64,000 bases of DNA from positions 1,214,725 to 1,278,724 of the forward strand of contig BDGG01000003.1 in assembly GCA_001949185.1 (NCBI GenBank), in the 5' to 3' direction. Positions 38,201-49,885 of the stretch are shown here, in pieces. Source of the DNA: Ramazzottius varieornatus. Lineage: Eukaryota > Animalia > Tardigrada. Made by a program: the position numbers and the translations under genes. How positions within the stretch are numbered: position 1 is the first letter of the stretch; the number at the start of each line of letters is the position of its first letter. The notes under the pieces were generated by a model. That model had not been told where the DNA came from. It ran no database searches and saw nothing but the letters and a program-made list of their open reading frames with translations.

Positions 38201-39764
38201 TGGTCGATTGATTGATCAACTTTTAGTCGTTTTCAAAAGTCGACTAAAGTCGACTAACCTGGTCAAGTCGAGTCGAGTTAAGCTAAGTCGAACTACGACA
38301 ACACTAGCCTAGGGGAATATTCAGCGAGGACTGGCAACTGAAAGCCACAGTGCGATATTCAGCGGGAGCTTTGAGATCGACAGCGGGGCTTGTACTGTAT
38401 TGTACCGTACCGCGCGCCATGCCGTATGCGGGCTGCGCTGAATCGCGGTTGCGTCCATTGAGGCCGCAAGCCTAACGATCTTAATCAGTTCAAGACCCTC
38501 ACAGCAAGCGGCATCCAGACCGTGCGGTTTACGGTCGACCTCCGAACTAAGACACTCATAACCGTCTGGCAACTGCGGAAATTTCAGCGAGGCAACGGTG
38601 CACTGCTGTGTACTGACCAGCGGTATTTACCAGTGGTATTTTGTCCCTGCCACCAGTTAGGTCAGGCGCGTGTACCGAGCCTTTGCTCCTTACCGTCACG
38701 ATATGGTGTTTCCGAGTAAACGTCGGCAACTTTATCAACGAGCAGAAATACATGGTTCGTGTTTCGGTCGATATCGACACCTAAAGAATGAACGCATTGC
38801 AATATACACTGACATTGATCGACGAGCTGACATGGAATTTAATGGCTACAAACACCAAGACAAGTTTGAAAGTAAACGTACACGATCGGCCAGCAAGTCA
38901 AGGTTGGAAAACTCGGGTCCCGTATCGGAATTGATGGCGGATGAGTTCACAAGATAACTCTCGGACAACATCAAGAGACTGCGCGTGCCACGGTACGTGT
39001 GTTTCGTGATAGACGTGGGTGTGGCCGGATCTTGAGGATGCATGGAAAAGATCAGTCTCGTAGTATCGGCCTGTACTAGGACAGACATGATTAGCTGCGG
39101 ATGACAATGATGCTACGTACGGATGCAGTTGAAATGGCTGAAACTGCACATACCGTAAATGAACGATCTTGGGTATCACAGGTGACCAGTTTGCGAACAG
39201 CTCGAACCGTTGTATGAGTGGCGTTTTGTGACCCGGTCACCAGGACCCAGTCTTGAGTAGAATCCAAGGACAGGTTGACGGTGCGGGGACTGTAGGGTTT
39301 TGGCGCTATCAGCCATCGATCCTGAAAACCCACAATCAAGGTTTGCAAGCCTGGTTGCCAGATTTTTCACCCAAGCACAGACGTTCTTCAACACAACATC
39401 GCACGAGCGACCGTAGTATGACGTAAACTAGTCCAAGGCCTAGGTTGGACCGAAAAAACATGATATGCATTACCTGCACGGTCGGGATCCCCGTCTTGTC
39501 GTCAACCCATGCGAGTAGTACGTCCGCAGCATTCATCCCACCATTGGGCGAGATACCCACTGCCAGCCAACCCAAGGTTTTCGCCGTGATCTCAAAGTCC
39601 ATATGAGTTGTGTTGAATCCCCATCGCAGGAAAAAGTTCTGCTCGACAGGATCCAGCAAGACTTCATGATCCAGGGCGGTTGGCGTGTCTGCAGTAACTG
39701 TGTGTAAACCACTGCAGCCGAAAAGGAGCAACATGAAAAGGAATGACGTCATTGTGAACAGCAT
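35265..39764 (-). CDS. DBH-like copper monooxygenase (MOXD1-like), copy A, intact
   Basis: Signal peptide; DOMON domain (GWLAVGISPNGGMNAADVLLAWV); Cu ligands VVHHML, ESHYDNP, LHTHTIG, GGWGTPEEMC; DETYDFDYQE; hydrophobic C-terminus GVMFILYASALLTMSYH*. Confidence 0.92.
37655..38310. repeat. Degenerate inverted-repeat element followed by an AGTCGACT-rich hAT-like end, in the long intron of MOXD copy A
   Basis: GTTTTTGACCCATAATTCGGACA versus TGTCCAAATTAGGAGTCAAAAAC (inverted). Clustered AGTCG/CGACT motifs at 38060-38305 end in ACGACAACACTA. Confidence 0.5.
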
Positions 39765-40579
39765 GGAAGAAAAGATGTCCCTTAGTGTCCCTTAGTGAAG
39801 TGCCACTGATGGTGACGAGTGAGTGGCAGCGTCGGTCTTAAGTATTCGTTCCAAACCCAATATTATCTTTTCGACTTCCGGCTTCGGATTGGCTTGAATG
39901 TCCAGAAGAGACAGTCAACCGAATCGTCTATTCACCTTCGATAGCAGATGAAAATTGGCTTAATGATTTTACCATTACGCCAACGTAAAGCGCCGACAGG
40001 ATGTTCGACGATAACACAACCCAATCTCGACACAAAAGTTTCAATGTCACTAAATCGTCCTAATGACGCACACTTTTATCAATTTGCAGGCACCGAAGTT
40101 TTCCTTTCCCCTTCAAAGTGATTAGTAAACGTACTGCAACTCGTCTGGACCAACACGATTGTTTAAACAACTTTGCATACGTTGCACATCCGGAGGACCA
40201 GCCGATTTACAACAATGCTGACTGGCACGATTGTACGCTTATCGGCCTCCGTCTGTGAAGTTGTCTAACAGATAACTAAAGTTTCTACGGGCACGATTCT
40301 TCGATTGTCCTTGTCCGAGGATGCAAATCTGAGCGTTCTCTACAGCGAATTTGGTCAGGCAAAACTCGGCTACATCTCAGCGCTGCTACTGTTTTACTAT
40401 TAGTATTTTCTACCGCTCACTGTCAGAACCCGGTTTTCGTGGTCGAAAATGATGTAAATCGTACATAACGAGGTCTTGATTCAGGAACAATTGCTAATAG
40501 AGCATCGACCAGTTCTTTTAGACGGAGGCTGACCATGCCAAGCCCGAACACTACCACGCTGTTCCCGGCGGCCAGAGCA

Positions 40580-41850
40580 TAGAGCTGTTGATGAATAGAT
40601 CAAACAGTCATCCGCGTCGGATTGGACACCGAACCGGGGTCATCTGGATTCAAGTCGGATGGCTAGAGCTTCTACAGGGTGTTCCCTATAAGTTGGAACG
40701 ATTTTGAAAGTTCATGGTGAAGTCGCTTCTAGCTGTACAATTCTAACGCTCAGCTCACTCGATAGGGCATGTCTTCATCTTGAATTTTTGTGAAGTTCTC
40801 TTCAACAAAACGTTGATCGTTTAATTGTTGTGAGCTCTTGAAAACCATGTGTTTTACAGGTAAAAAGTGGGAACCTGAGCTGAAATATTTATATCTGACA
40901 GGCAAAACCACCACGTTCCCTCATTAAATTGCTTTATGAAAGAACTAAGTTTGGACTGATTAACAATGAACAAACCGATGGATCAAACACGCTGCGGACA
41001 GAGAAACAAAAAGTAATTCAAAAAAAATACGCGAAAAATTTTGCTTACCCCCCCCGTCAGTTACAGCAATGTTGTCGCTCATACATCCAACCATGTGCAC
41101 GAAATCGTAAGTGATATTTTTCTACTTTATCAAGAATGTTTTCCCAACAGAACACCATCAGCGAAATTATCCTAAAACGTGTCACACGCAAGCAAACCAG
41201 CCTGAAGTGTACTGCATGCTGGTTTTGCGAAAGCTTTTTGAATTCCACCTAGTTCACGTCTTCAGCGCTGTGCATCTTCTGGAGCACGACACCTGGGCAA
41301 GATTTTTACACAATGTTTTCGATAGTTAGGCGTACCTAGGAACGAATTTTCGGAGAAATGAACTCACTGCTCAGGTTTCTATTCAAGTCCAAAATCGTTC
41401 CAACTTATAGGGAACACCCTGTATCCGGATGGATGCTGGATGGGTGAACCACCTTTCCGTATTATCCGGATCGTGTCCTGCCGCTGAGGGTTTAATTATT
41501 AGATATCAAGAAATTCCGTCAAGAAGAAATCCAACTTGGCCTTTGACCACCGGGGCCCATAGCTTGAAATGCCCGCTTACATAAGTTACGTTCGATCCAG
41601 TTTTGAGGCTTTGGACGGCACGAGGCGTGTACTAGTTGAAACTCCAAGCAATCTTGAGTTGCCACAAGGGCTGAAAGTTTCTTGTTAAAGCTATCCTTCA
41701 TCCGCATAAATAGCTGGATGGAAGAAAGGCCCGTCCGGACTGGATCCGGGTGGATATAGGATGTCTATCCGGTTGGCGGCTGGATGGATGGGAAGCTAAT
41801 CCAATCCGATTTCTATCCGGTTCCATTCGCGACCTTGTTTAACAACCCTG
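40580..41850. mobile_element. Old hAT-like non-autonomous element with GGAT/ATCC-rich subterminal repeats, hosting a nested mariner
   Basis: Ends TAGAGCTGTTGA and TTAACAACCCTG (imperfect inverted, YAGNG-type); many TCCGGAT/GGATGG motifs. TSD not convincing. Confidence 0.45.
40675..41421 (+). mobile_element. Internally deleted Tc1/mariner-superfamily element
   Basis: Perfect 32-bp TIR CAGGGTGTTCCCTATAAGTTGGAACGATTTTG with TA on both flanks. Residual transposase-like peptides VIQKKYAKNF and SRLQRCASSGARHL. Confidence 0.9.
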
Positions 41851-42082
41851 TTCGAGGATGGGCTGAGCTCGTCGGGCATGTGGATGCTTGTGGCTGTCCA
41901 GGCCCGGTCGGCGTTGTCATGACCAGTGAGAAGGCGTTCAGACTCTTGGAGCGGAAGTGAGTTTTCGTCTCGGTCTTTTTCGAGATTGAGTTCAAACTTG
42001 CTCGCGGCAACCTGCAGACTGAACGAAAGCCATACACATCTCTTCCGGAGTTCCCCGTCCAACCTGTTCGAATGCTCTCCAC

Positions 42083-45000
42083 TAGTGATGTTCTAATATG
42101 GGATAATGACATCTAATATAATAAAAATAAATATCCGCAGTCTGCTAAAGTCTTACTAACTCCGAACTACTATAGTAAAACCTCTGCCTGACTTACTAAA
42201 ATATTACTATAGTAGAAGCTTTGGAGGTTCTCGGAGAGCTCGACAGAAGATCTAAAGAATCAGAATCACATCAATCAGGCCAGCAAGAATGCTCCCCAGT
42301 ATTTTCTCGGACCGTCTAAAGTGCTTAATCGTCAAGATCGGGAAAGTATTCTGAATTTCGGAGACAGAGAAGTTTTCTTTCGAGATTGTGACCAGCTAGT
42401 CTGTTTCCCTTCCCCACAGTCGCCGCCGATGCGATAGAGAAGACTCTTTCGGGCGCACTCGAAGCAGCGGGAATGGCCAGGATGTCCAAAGCGAGACGAC
42501 TCAACGGAGGGAACTTATCAGCATTCTGTATCCAGAAGACTTCCGGGTTGTCTTCAACGTTGTCGTCGGAGCCGACAGGAAGGCTTACGTAGGTCTGAAC
42601 TTCCAAGTCAAATGAAGATTTCTGTTGCGTGACTTCTGAACTTGCATCGATGAAGAAATCCAAGTCGTCAATACCATCTGGATTACTGTTCGCATTCAGT
42701 GCAGTCGATTCTGGCAATGTTTCTGAAAAGCAGCGAGGTGCTAGGGTTTTCACCCCCATAGAAACTAGGTATGACATGTGACCGGTGTGTGTTTACCTTG
42801 CGAGGGCTCCTCATACCACTCAATGTTTTTCAATGACAGCCATCTCGAAGCAAGACTAGAAAGTCGCTGTGGCAATGTAAGTCTCAGTTTCTTATGGAGA
42901 AATGTGCTCGCAATGTAGACAGCATCGAACTTAGGGTTGCAATCATCTATCACATATCCCAGCACGCGCGACAGCTCTGAATCCATGGCAAGAATGACCT
43001 GAACGACAAACACGATCACCGTACACCACCATAAGTAAGATAGATTTCGATTGTAGTTTTTAGTAAGATTTCTCGTAGGAAAGTGGATGGCGAGAAAATT
43101 AAAGCTTGAAGTGACATACTACAGCACATTTTGTTATTTTTCTGAGTTGGCGCTAATTACCTCATCGAATGGGTTCTCAATATGGAAGCTTGAAAAGTCG
43201 AGCTTGAGAAGAGCATCGCGAACTGACTCCAAACGCCTGACTAGTCCGTTCATGTAACAATGAACTCGGTGGATGGTCGCTTCCTTATCCGCGCTGAGTT
43301 TTTCCGTAACCTGTGAATACTCAACACATACGACATCGAACCAAAACTTTCTGACTTTACAGAAATTATAAAGGGATAGCTCAAAGACTTGCTGACCGTA
43401 TTAAACTTCTCCAGTATACGTATGATAAATTTTATGATGAGCCATCCACCAGGAGTTAAACCAGGCATCTTCAAGTGACGAGCCATGATCTCTTTCACGG
43501 GTTCTCGTACTTCATCAAGTCGTCGCAGAAAGAGCAGAGTAGAATTCCATCGGGTTGACATATCTGCTTGACATATAATGTCAGCCCGGTAGCTTTGAGA
43601 AGTTCACCCGTGGCTACGTGAGACATTCGGAAAGTCTTGACTATAATTCTGGCTTTCTTGGTGATCGGCTTCAGCTTCTCATCCTTCTCGAATGCTCGAA
43701 CCGCGGTCTGCAGTCGATGGATGGTACAACGGTGACGCTTGATTCTGCAACAGAAAAGCATTTACACTGATGTGCGGTTGACCGTAATGCTCCAAAAGCA
43801 GAACATTCATTTATTCCATATGGACGTGATGTGGAAGCTCGGCAAACAAACTAGACAAAAAGGTTTTCTTGTGTGACGCAGTTTGACAGTGTTATCGCCT
43901 GAAAGCGTGCACCACTCGAAGATCCATCTTGTCAATTTTTGTTTGCCTAGAAATTATATATGGACAAAGCGCAGTAAGAGAAGATACCTTCCGTCGAACT
44001 CGGTCTCGCATTCACCCTCGACCCTCATGTACTCATTGACCTCTTGCTGCGTGTTCGCGTCTTAAATTTCAGCTGAAACTACGCTCAGCTGTGCTTCTTC
44101 CTCCTCTGACTCGTCAGGATTTACCAGACCATTCGACTGAACGAGGGCTTCGACTGAAAGCGGCCACCATGTTTGAACCGTTGTCTGTCACTACGGCGGA
44201 TATCTTGTACGAAGGAATCTCCCACCCAGCCAAAATCTCTATCGTAAGCTTGAATAATCGAGCGGCACTGTGTGGACTCGGAAAAATGCGACATGCTAGA
44301 GTCATCCTTCGCATCGTCTTCGTGAGATGATCATACATCCGCGCCGTTACCGCCAGCTTCGACTCAGACATTCCGCGTTTAGTCCAGATGTCTATAAATA
44401 AAGAACACTAAACGTCAATCTCAGTCGAACTAGTAACCGCTCAAGATTAAAATTAACTGTCATGTCAGTGAGAAATTTGGACGACATCATTTTTCCAGCT
44501 GGCGCACACTTTCAGCCAAAACAACCGGAGCAGGCACCACTTGGGACAACAGTTAATGTCATTAAGTCTGCTCGTCATAATGGCGCAGACTTTCAGCAAA
44601 TAATAGTGAAAATGTGCGCCACGTAACGAGCTAATTCCGATTCACCTGTAGAGAGAGATATCTTGGTGGCACGACAAAGCACTGCCTTCATGTTACCAGG
44701 CTTCTGCTCATAGACCTTATCCATTTCCGTATTCAGGCCTTTCCTTCCAAAAGCAGGGGAACGAGGATCATGCTTCACGAAAGCACGTTGGGTAGCCGGA
44801 TTCGCGCATAAGGATGGAGTCCGTAAAACCCACAAGGCCCGTTCGCGCAGGATCGTTCGATATCTACAGTCAGAAAGCACAAATAATTAGCCTGAAGTAG
44901 ATCGACGCAGAGAGCAGAAAGAAACAGCAACAAGCAACAGCAAAGGCCGACTTACCTCAAACTTCCCTGCTCGTACGGGTTTGATGATTCAAATTTCAGC

Positions 45001-45982
45001 TTGGACTGGATCATGGCAATGCCTGTGGCTGGCTTGTCCTGCTCCTTCTTCTTGAGGTCTTTGCGAAGCTTTTCCTGCTCTTCATACTTGGCAAATGCGT
45101 CGGGATGACGGTTCTTCAGATGGGACACAGCGTTTCCGGTGTTGCCAGCAGGCTTCGCTTCATGGTTACAGGATTTACACGTTGACGTACCCGTCTCAGC
45201 ATCCTCAGTATAGTACTGCCATACTGCAGAAGCTTTCTTTTGACCACCGGGTAGTTTACGCTTTTGGGAAAATCGACTGAAAGACGATGTCGAAGGCGGT
45301 CGAGACGACTCATCTTCGGAGTCTGAACCGTCGTCGGTTTCCGCAATGTCGATTACTGGTGGGCTTGCTGCTATTGCAGCTGCTACAGGAACTTTCCCTC
45401 TTTCCGGTGGTAGCTTCTTCTTTGCGCCTTTTATAGGCTTTGTCCGCGACGGTGGTCTCATGACTCTCTGACAATCTAGCAGTTCTTTGCAAATAAGAGG
45501 AGGACAGACAAACAATTTGTCGAAGGCAGTAGGCCAGTAGCAACTCCTGTAGTACAGCTTGCATCCAGCACCTACACTCTCTAACATGGCCGGTTAAAGT
45601 GTCGCACCGTATGCAGCTGCATGATATTCTACGGTATTCATTCGCAATTTCGCAGTACGGCAGTAGCCCTACTGTGCCGCTGTAGAGGCATCGGTATGGT
45701 GTGGCGCACTTTATAGGGCGTGGTCGCACATTGAGCAACCAGCGCACAGGCAGTTTTTTGAACCAGCCGTGCCGTTAACCGGATAGTAAAATATATTTTA
45801 CTTCAGATGATGAACAGCTTAATAATAATAAAATATCGCACTTCTACTTTCAAGCTACTAAAATATTAATATCGGGTTCCGGAGCCTAAACCTGTTTACT
45901 AAATGTTACTGAATATAGTAGATGCTCAAACCATCTACTATCATCTACTTTAATATAATATTACTATATTAGAACATCACTA
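42083..45982 (-). mobile_element. Full-length hAT DNA transposon (3.9 kb)
   Basis: Perfect 17-bp TIR TAGTGATGTTCTAATAT. 8-bp TSD CTCTCCAC / TTCTCTAC (6/8, two C-T transitions). Encloses a transposase. Confidence 0.93.
42325..45587 (-). pseudogene. Intron-containing hAT (ZBED-like) transposase, inactivated
   Basis: BED finger SAVWQYY...CKSC...GNTGNAVSHLKNRHP; DIWT; VVTDNGSNMVAAF; RCTIHRLQ; TRWNST; dimerisation domain FPPLSRLALDILAIPAASSAPERVFS. Frameshifts near 44115 and 43570 and a stop near 44063. Confidence 0.88.
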
Positions 45983-46548
45983 TTCTCTACGCAGCAGCTC
46001 CTTACGTCGTAGAGATCATACAGTACAACAAGCAACGCGCTTACTAACGTGCTTACTGCAATCGAAGCCAGTTCGTTATATATTCCGTCTGATCTGACGG
46101 AATAAATGCCGACCAAGAAGATGTGTATGTACAGTAGCAGGACGTTAATAGCGTTGATCCCAGTGTCCGGAAGAGCCTGCAAAAGGCTGCTGTCAAGAAC
46201 GTACAAAGAGTAGCGGCCTTTGTGATGTACTCACCACGCTATTGTAGTCTTTCAAACAACGGACGAACGTTACAAAGTCGTCCAATTGAGATGGAATCAT
46301 CATCGGAACTAGGACCGGGGGTCTGAAGTTATACGTGATTGGAGATTCCATTCTCTAGCATGGTTATCACGAACGGCAGCGTGAACTTGGCAGAGTACTT
46401 ACATCCGACGTCGGCATAACCCAACCATTATTGTTGCGGCATCGTTCAGGTGATGCTTGGTCGACCTTGAAAGTCCAGCTAGTTGTTGTGAGTCCAATTC
46501 CAAGAGCTGTCAATAACCGCTGCGAAACAAATGAATACCCTGTTCGGA

Positions 46549-46662
46549 NNNNNNNNNNNNNNNNNNNNNNNNNNNNNNNNNNNNNNNNNNNNNNNNNNNN
46601 NNNNNNNNNNNNNNNNNNNNNNNNNNNNNNNNNNNNNNNNNNNNNNNNNNNNNNNNNNNNNN
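46549..46662. other. Assembly gap (114 N)
   Basis: Run of N. Confidence 1.
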
Positions 46663-46738
46663 CATGTCCCATAAACATCTATGTCACATACATGAACCTT
46701 TATGAACCCAAAATGCACCCAAAATTCTCTGTAGCATA

Positions 46739-46932
46739 CGAGGAGGAGGCAGTGGAGTGGACACCCCAAAATTTGACATCGGAGTGGACACCCCGACTTT
46801 AAGCACTGCACCCAACACTGAATTGATTGATTAGTCCAACTAACCACAATCAATCAATGTGACAATAGTGTGGCCAGGTGTCCACTCCAGGGTCATTTTT
46901 TTGGGGGTGTCCACTCCATTGCCGCCTTCTCG
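46739..46932. mobile_element. Mariner-type MITE nested in the 46538-46996 element
   Basis: TIR CGAGRAGG.GGCARTGGAGTGGACACCCC; TA on both flanks; absent from the sister copy at 54.5 kb. Confidence 0.85.
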
Positions 46933-49885
46933 TACCAGGACTGATCCCAAATGTTATATAGACAGTATAATGAATCCGAGGCTCGTCCGAACAGGGATAC
47001 AGGCAAGCGGCGTCTTTGGAGCTGGCCGTCGCTTCTGCATTACCCCGGAGTGACTTACTTACATGGGGCATCTGGGTTGTCGCTTGCCACCCATTTTTTG
47101 GTGTCGAGGGAAATCCAGCTTCGGGTATGTAGTGATATGGCTGCAAAACAAGTGCGAAAAGGTCACATGCGTCTTGTTGTGGTTGATAGATAGATTGACA
47201 TACCTCACTACCGACATGTGTACACCGAACACGACTATGATTTGGGTGCATTTACCATGGGTAACGGCACTCCAGGAACCCCAAAAATAAATGCTGCGAA
47301 CCTCAAAGGAATGCTGAGCGATATTTGATTTAGGATTTAGCTCGCCTCCGTGTTTGCAATGAGACTGCAGCACAGATCCATCAGCCCCTCCCACCACTTG
47401 ACGTCATCGCGAAGCATTCGTAACTGAGGTGGGTGATGATTCTAGTGCTTCAGTATTCCGCAGAGGATTGGACAGACGATCCAGTTCGCTACGTCCTCTG
47501 GGACCTTCTTTGTTTTAGCATTCAGGAAGGATAGAATGTACCGGGCCCAGGCACTCGAGTTCGTACGCAAGTTTTCGTCCAAGGATACCTGGAAGAGCAA
47601 GGATTGGATCTACAAGATTTCTTCGTACAGTACGGACACGAACAGTTTGCCTGAATAAGTGGTGTCATGTTTAGACCCGGAAGTGAAAAGTTTGTGGGTG
47701 GTTTTCAAGTCGGTATCCTCTTTACCTTTTACCTTTGGTTTTAAAGATTTTCTTCATACCTTGTTGTCTTAAAATGGGTGTAAACTCTTTTGAACCTGCT
47801 GTTTTAAATCATTGTACTTCGATTTCTCCAAGTTTGAAGAACTGTTGCCTACTGTGTGGGCCTCTTTGTTCCAGCTCTGTCCTGTTTTCCCTTGTGTTTT
47901 GTCATTACGTAATTTACTATGTTCGCTTGCCGGCTAAACCTTTGACCTGTTTGCAGTTGTTTTTTGAAGCCCCTTGTTAATTTTTCCCGATTCCTGGCCA
48001 AGCCTTTATAAATTATCCCGCCTTTACAATCTCGTAGCCACCAAATCAAAACAGTCAAGGTTACAATAAACCAAGATAATCAAGGGTTAACCCCACAAAG
48101 CAATGCCGCGCAAATGCTGAACGCTTGAATCCTAAATAAAGCCACCTCCAGCAGGAATATAGTCAAACCGGTCGATTTAATACTAAAACCGTGAATCCTA
48201 AACGACAGATCAGCGGAGTAATCTATAGTGCAATGGTGATGGGAATGCTTAAACGATCCTTCCGGTTTTAGCATTCCTCAAGGGTGTCCCGTCGACGGTT
48301 CAAACAGAACGGAGCCGGAATGCTCCCGGACCTCACATGGGAATCGGCGCCGTTACCCATGGGTAGCGATTGCCATGTCTCGCACAGAACTCGGCTGGTC
48401 ACAGGTGCAGTCAAAATTCTTTTCCGGAAAATTGTCGTTGATTTCGTCGTTACACAGGAATGCCAGCACGTGATGGACAATGGCTTTCATTTCCTTGTGT
48501 TATTACCGGTTGTACCTGTGGGGCAAAAGTAATGGTCGTTGTGTACAAGACAACAGCGTCTGCCTGGCTTCCGACGCAAGCAGACAAAAGCTTTCTGCAA
48601 TCTCACACTTGAGCAAACGGCAAAGGCCGTATTTACCGTCATGACATGGCGCTTCTCAGTGAAAGTCGGTAGTTTGATTAATTAACAGTAATCTACCATT
48701 CGAGTACTTGCCGGAACAGAAACCTGAAGGTGAAAGGAATATTTGGTCAGTGAAGTCGAAGAAAACAGAACGCGTAATGGACAAAACACCATGTGCTGCT
48801 AGTAATTTCCGCCACGGAAATGTCTGGACAATAACTCACATACTCACATACACATACAATAACCCACCAGCAAACTTAGCGGCAGCAGTTCCTGGGCCAT
48901 TTCTACATGTGCGCTATCTGATGTTGCGCTCATACGAGAACTGTCGGACAATATCAAAAGGCTACGAGAGCCTCTGTAGGAGTATAGTTCGGAACGGAAC
49001 CGGCGGGTCGTTCGGATACATGGAGAAGATCAGTCGTACAATATCCGTCTAGAACAGCAAAAGCAACGCTGAACGTCGTACCTTCTCACACGGAACGTTT
49101 ATTTTATGGCCAGACTTCAAAATATCGTACTTTAATGGGTCGATCCTCTGGGTCGCCGGTGTTTAACTTTCTTATCACTCGCACGGTACTGTGTGTGCTG
49201 TTCTGCGATCCGGAGGTCACAGTCCAGTCTTGTTGGGCGTCAAGCGTGTAGCTGACAGTTGTTAAAGAATAAAGTGCGGGCGCATTTGACTATCGATCTT
49301 GAAAAGAGCAGGTCGAATCAGAAGAGGGTTCCCTGAATTTGCAATTATCGTCACTGGATGGACTCTTTCTTGCGTATGCCTGCACAGTGGTCATTCCTAT
49401 GGCATCAGTCATCCACGCGAACGTGCCGTCTGCTCCATTTACTGTATGCTGCCGTTGGGCGAAATGGCCATGGAAAGCCATCTTAACGTCTTTGCCGCCA
49501 CGTCCATCTCGATGTGGGTGGAGTTGGAGCCCCATTGCAGGAAAACACTCTGCGGTACAGGATGGAGTACAGTGGCATGGTCGGGCGTGATCAGACCCTC
49601 CTCGTGGCTTTCCGCGATCCCGAATTTAACCAAACAAAAACAGCAACAAACGGTTTCAGGATAAATTGCCCATTTTACATGTAAAACAGTGCGACTAGAT
49701 CGTTAAGTCCAGCGCTTTGAAATGAGTAATATTTTTCTGTAGCCGCTCTTTACTGAGAAACCCTAGAAGGAAGAGCACACTTTTGCGCAATATAATCCGC
49801 AGACCGCTTAATCACAAACACAACACCGAACCGAGCTGAATTCATGTACGGCGTTTACGACACCGCGGGACTCGAGAACGTAGCG

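Larger units (their letters stand above)
46538..46996. mobile_element. Short TIR element (CCCTGTTCGGA ends) spanning the gap and hosting a nested MITE
   Basis: CCCTGTTCGGA at 46538 and TCCGAACAGGG ending at 46996. A second partial copy lies at about 54420-54585. Confidence 0.75.
41860..49673 (-). pseudogene. MOXD1-like copy B, decayed pseudogene interrupted by transposons and an assembly gap (tail may continue to about 40480)
   Basis: Collinear relics: FLQWGSNSTHIEMDVAAKTLRWLSMAISPNGS (49440-49540), DIVRLIFSMYPNDP (about 49030), IVHHVLAFLCNDEI (about 48460), PYHYIPEAGFP (about 47130), MMIPSQLDDF (about 46290), HTHLLGR (about 46120), GTPEEMCMAF (about 42040). Multiple frameshifts and stops. 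Confidence 0.85.
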
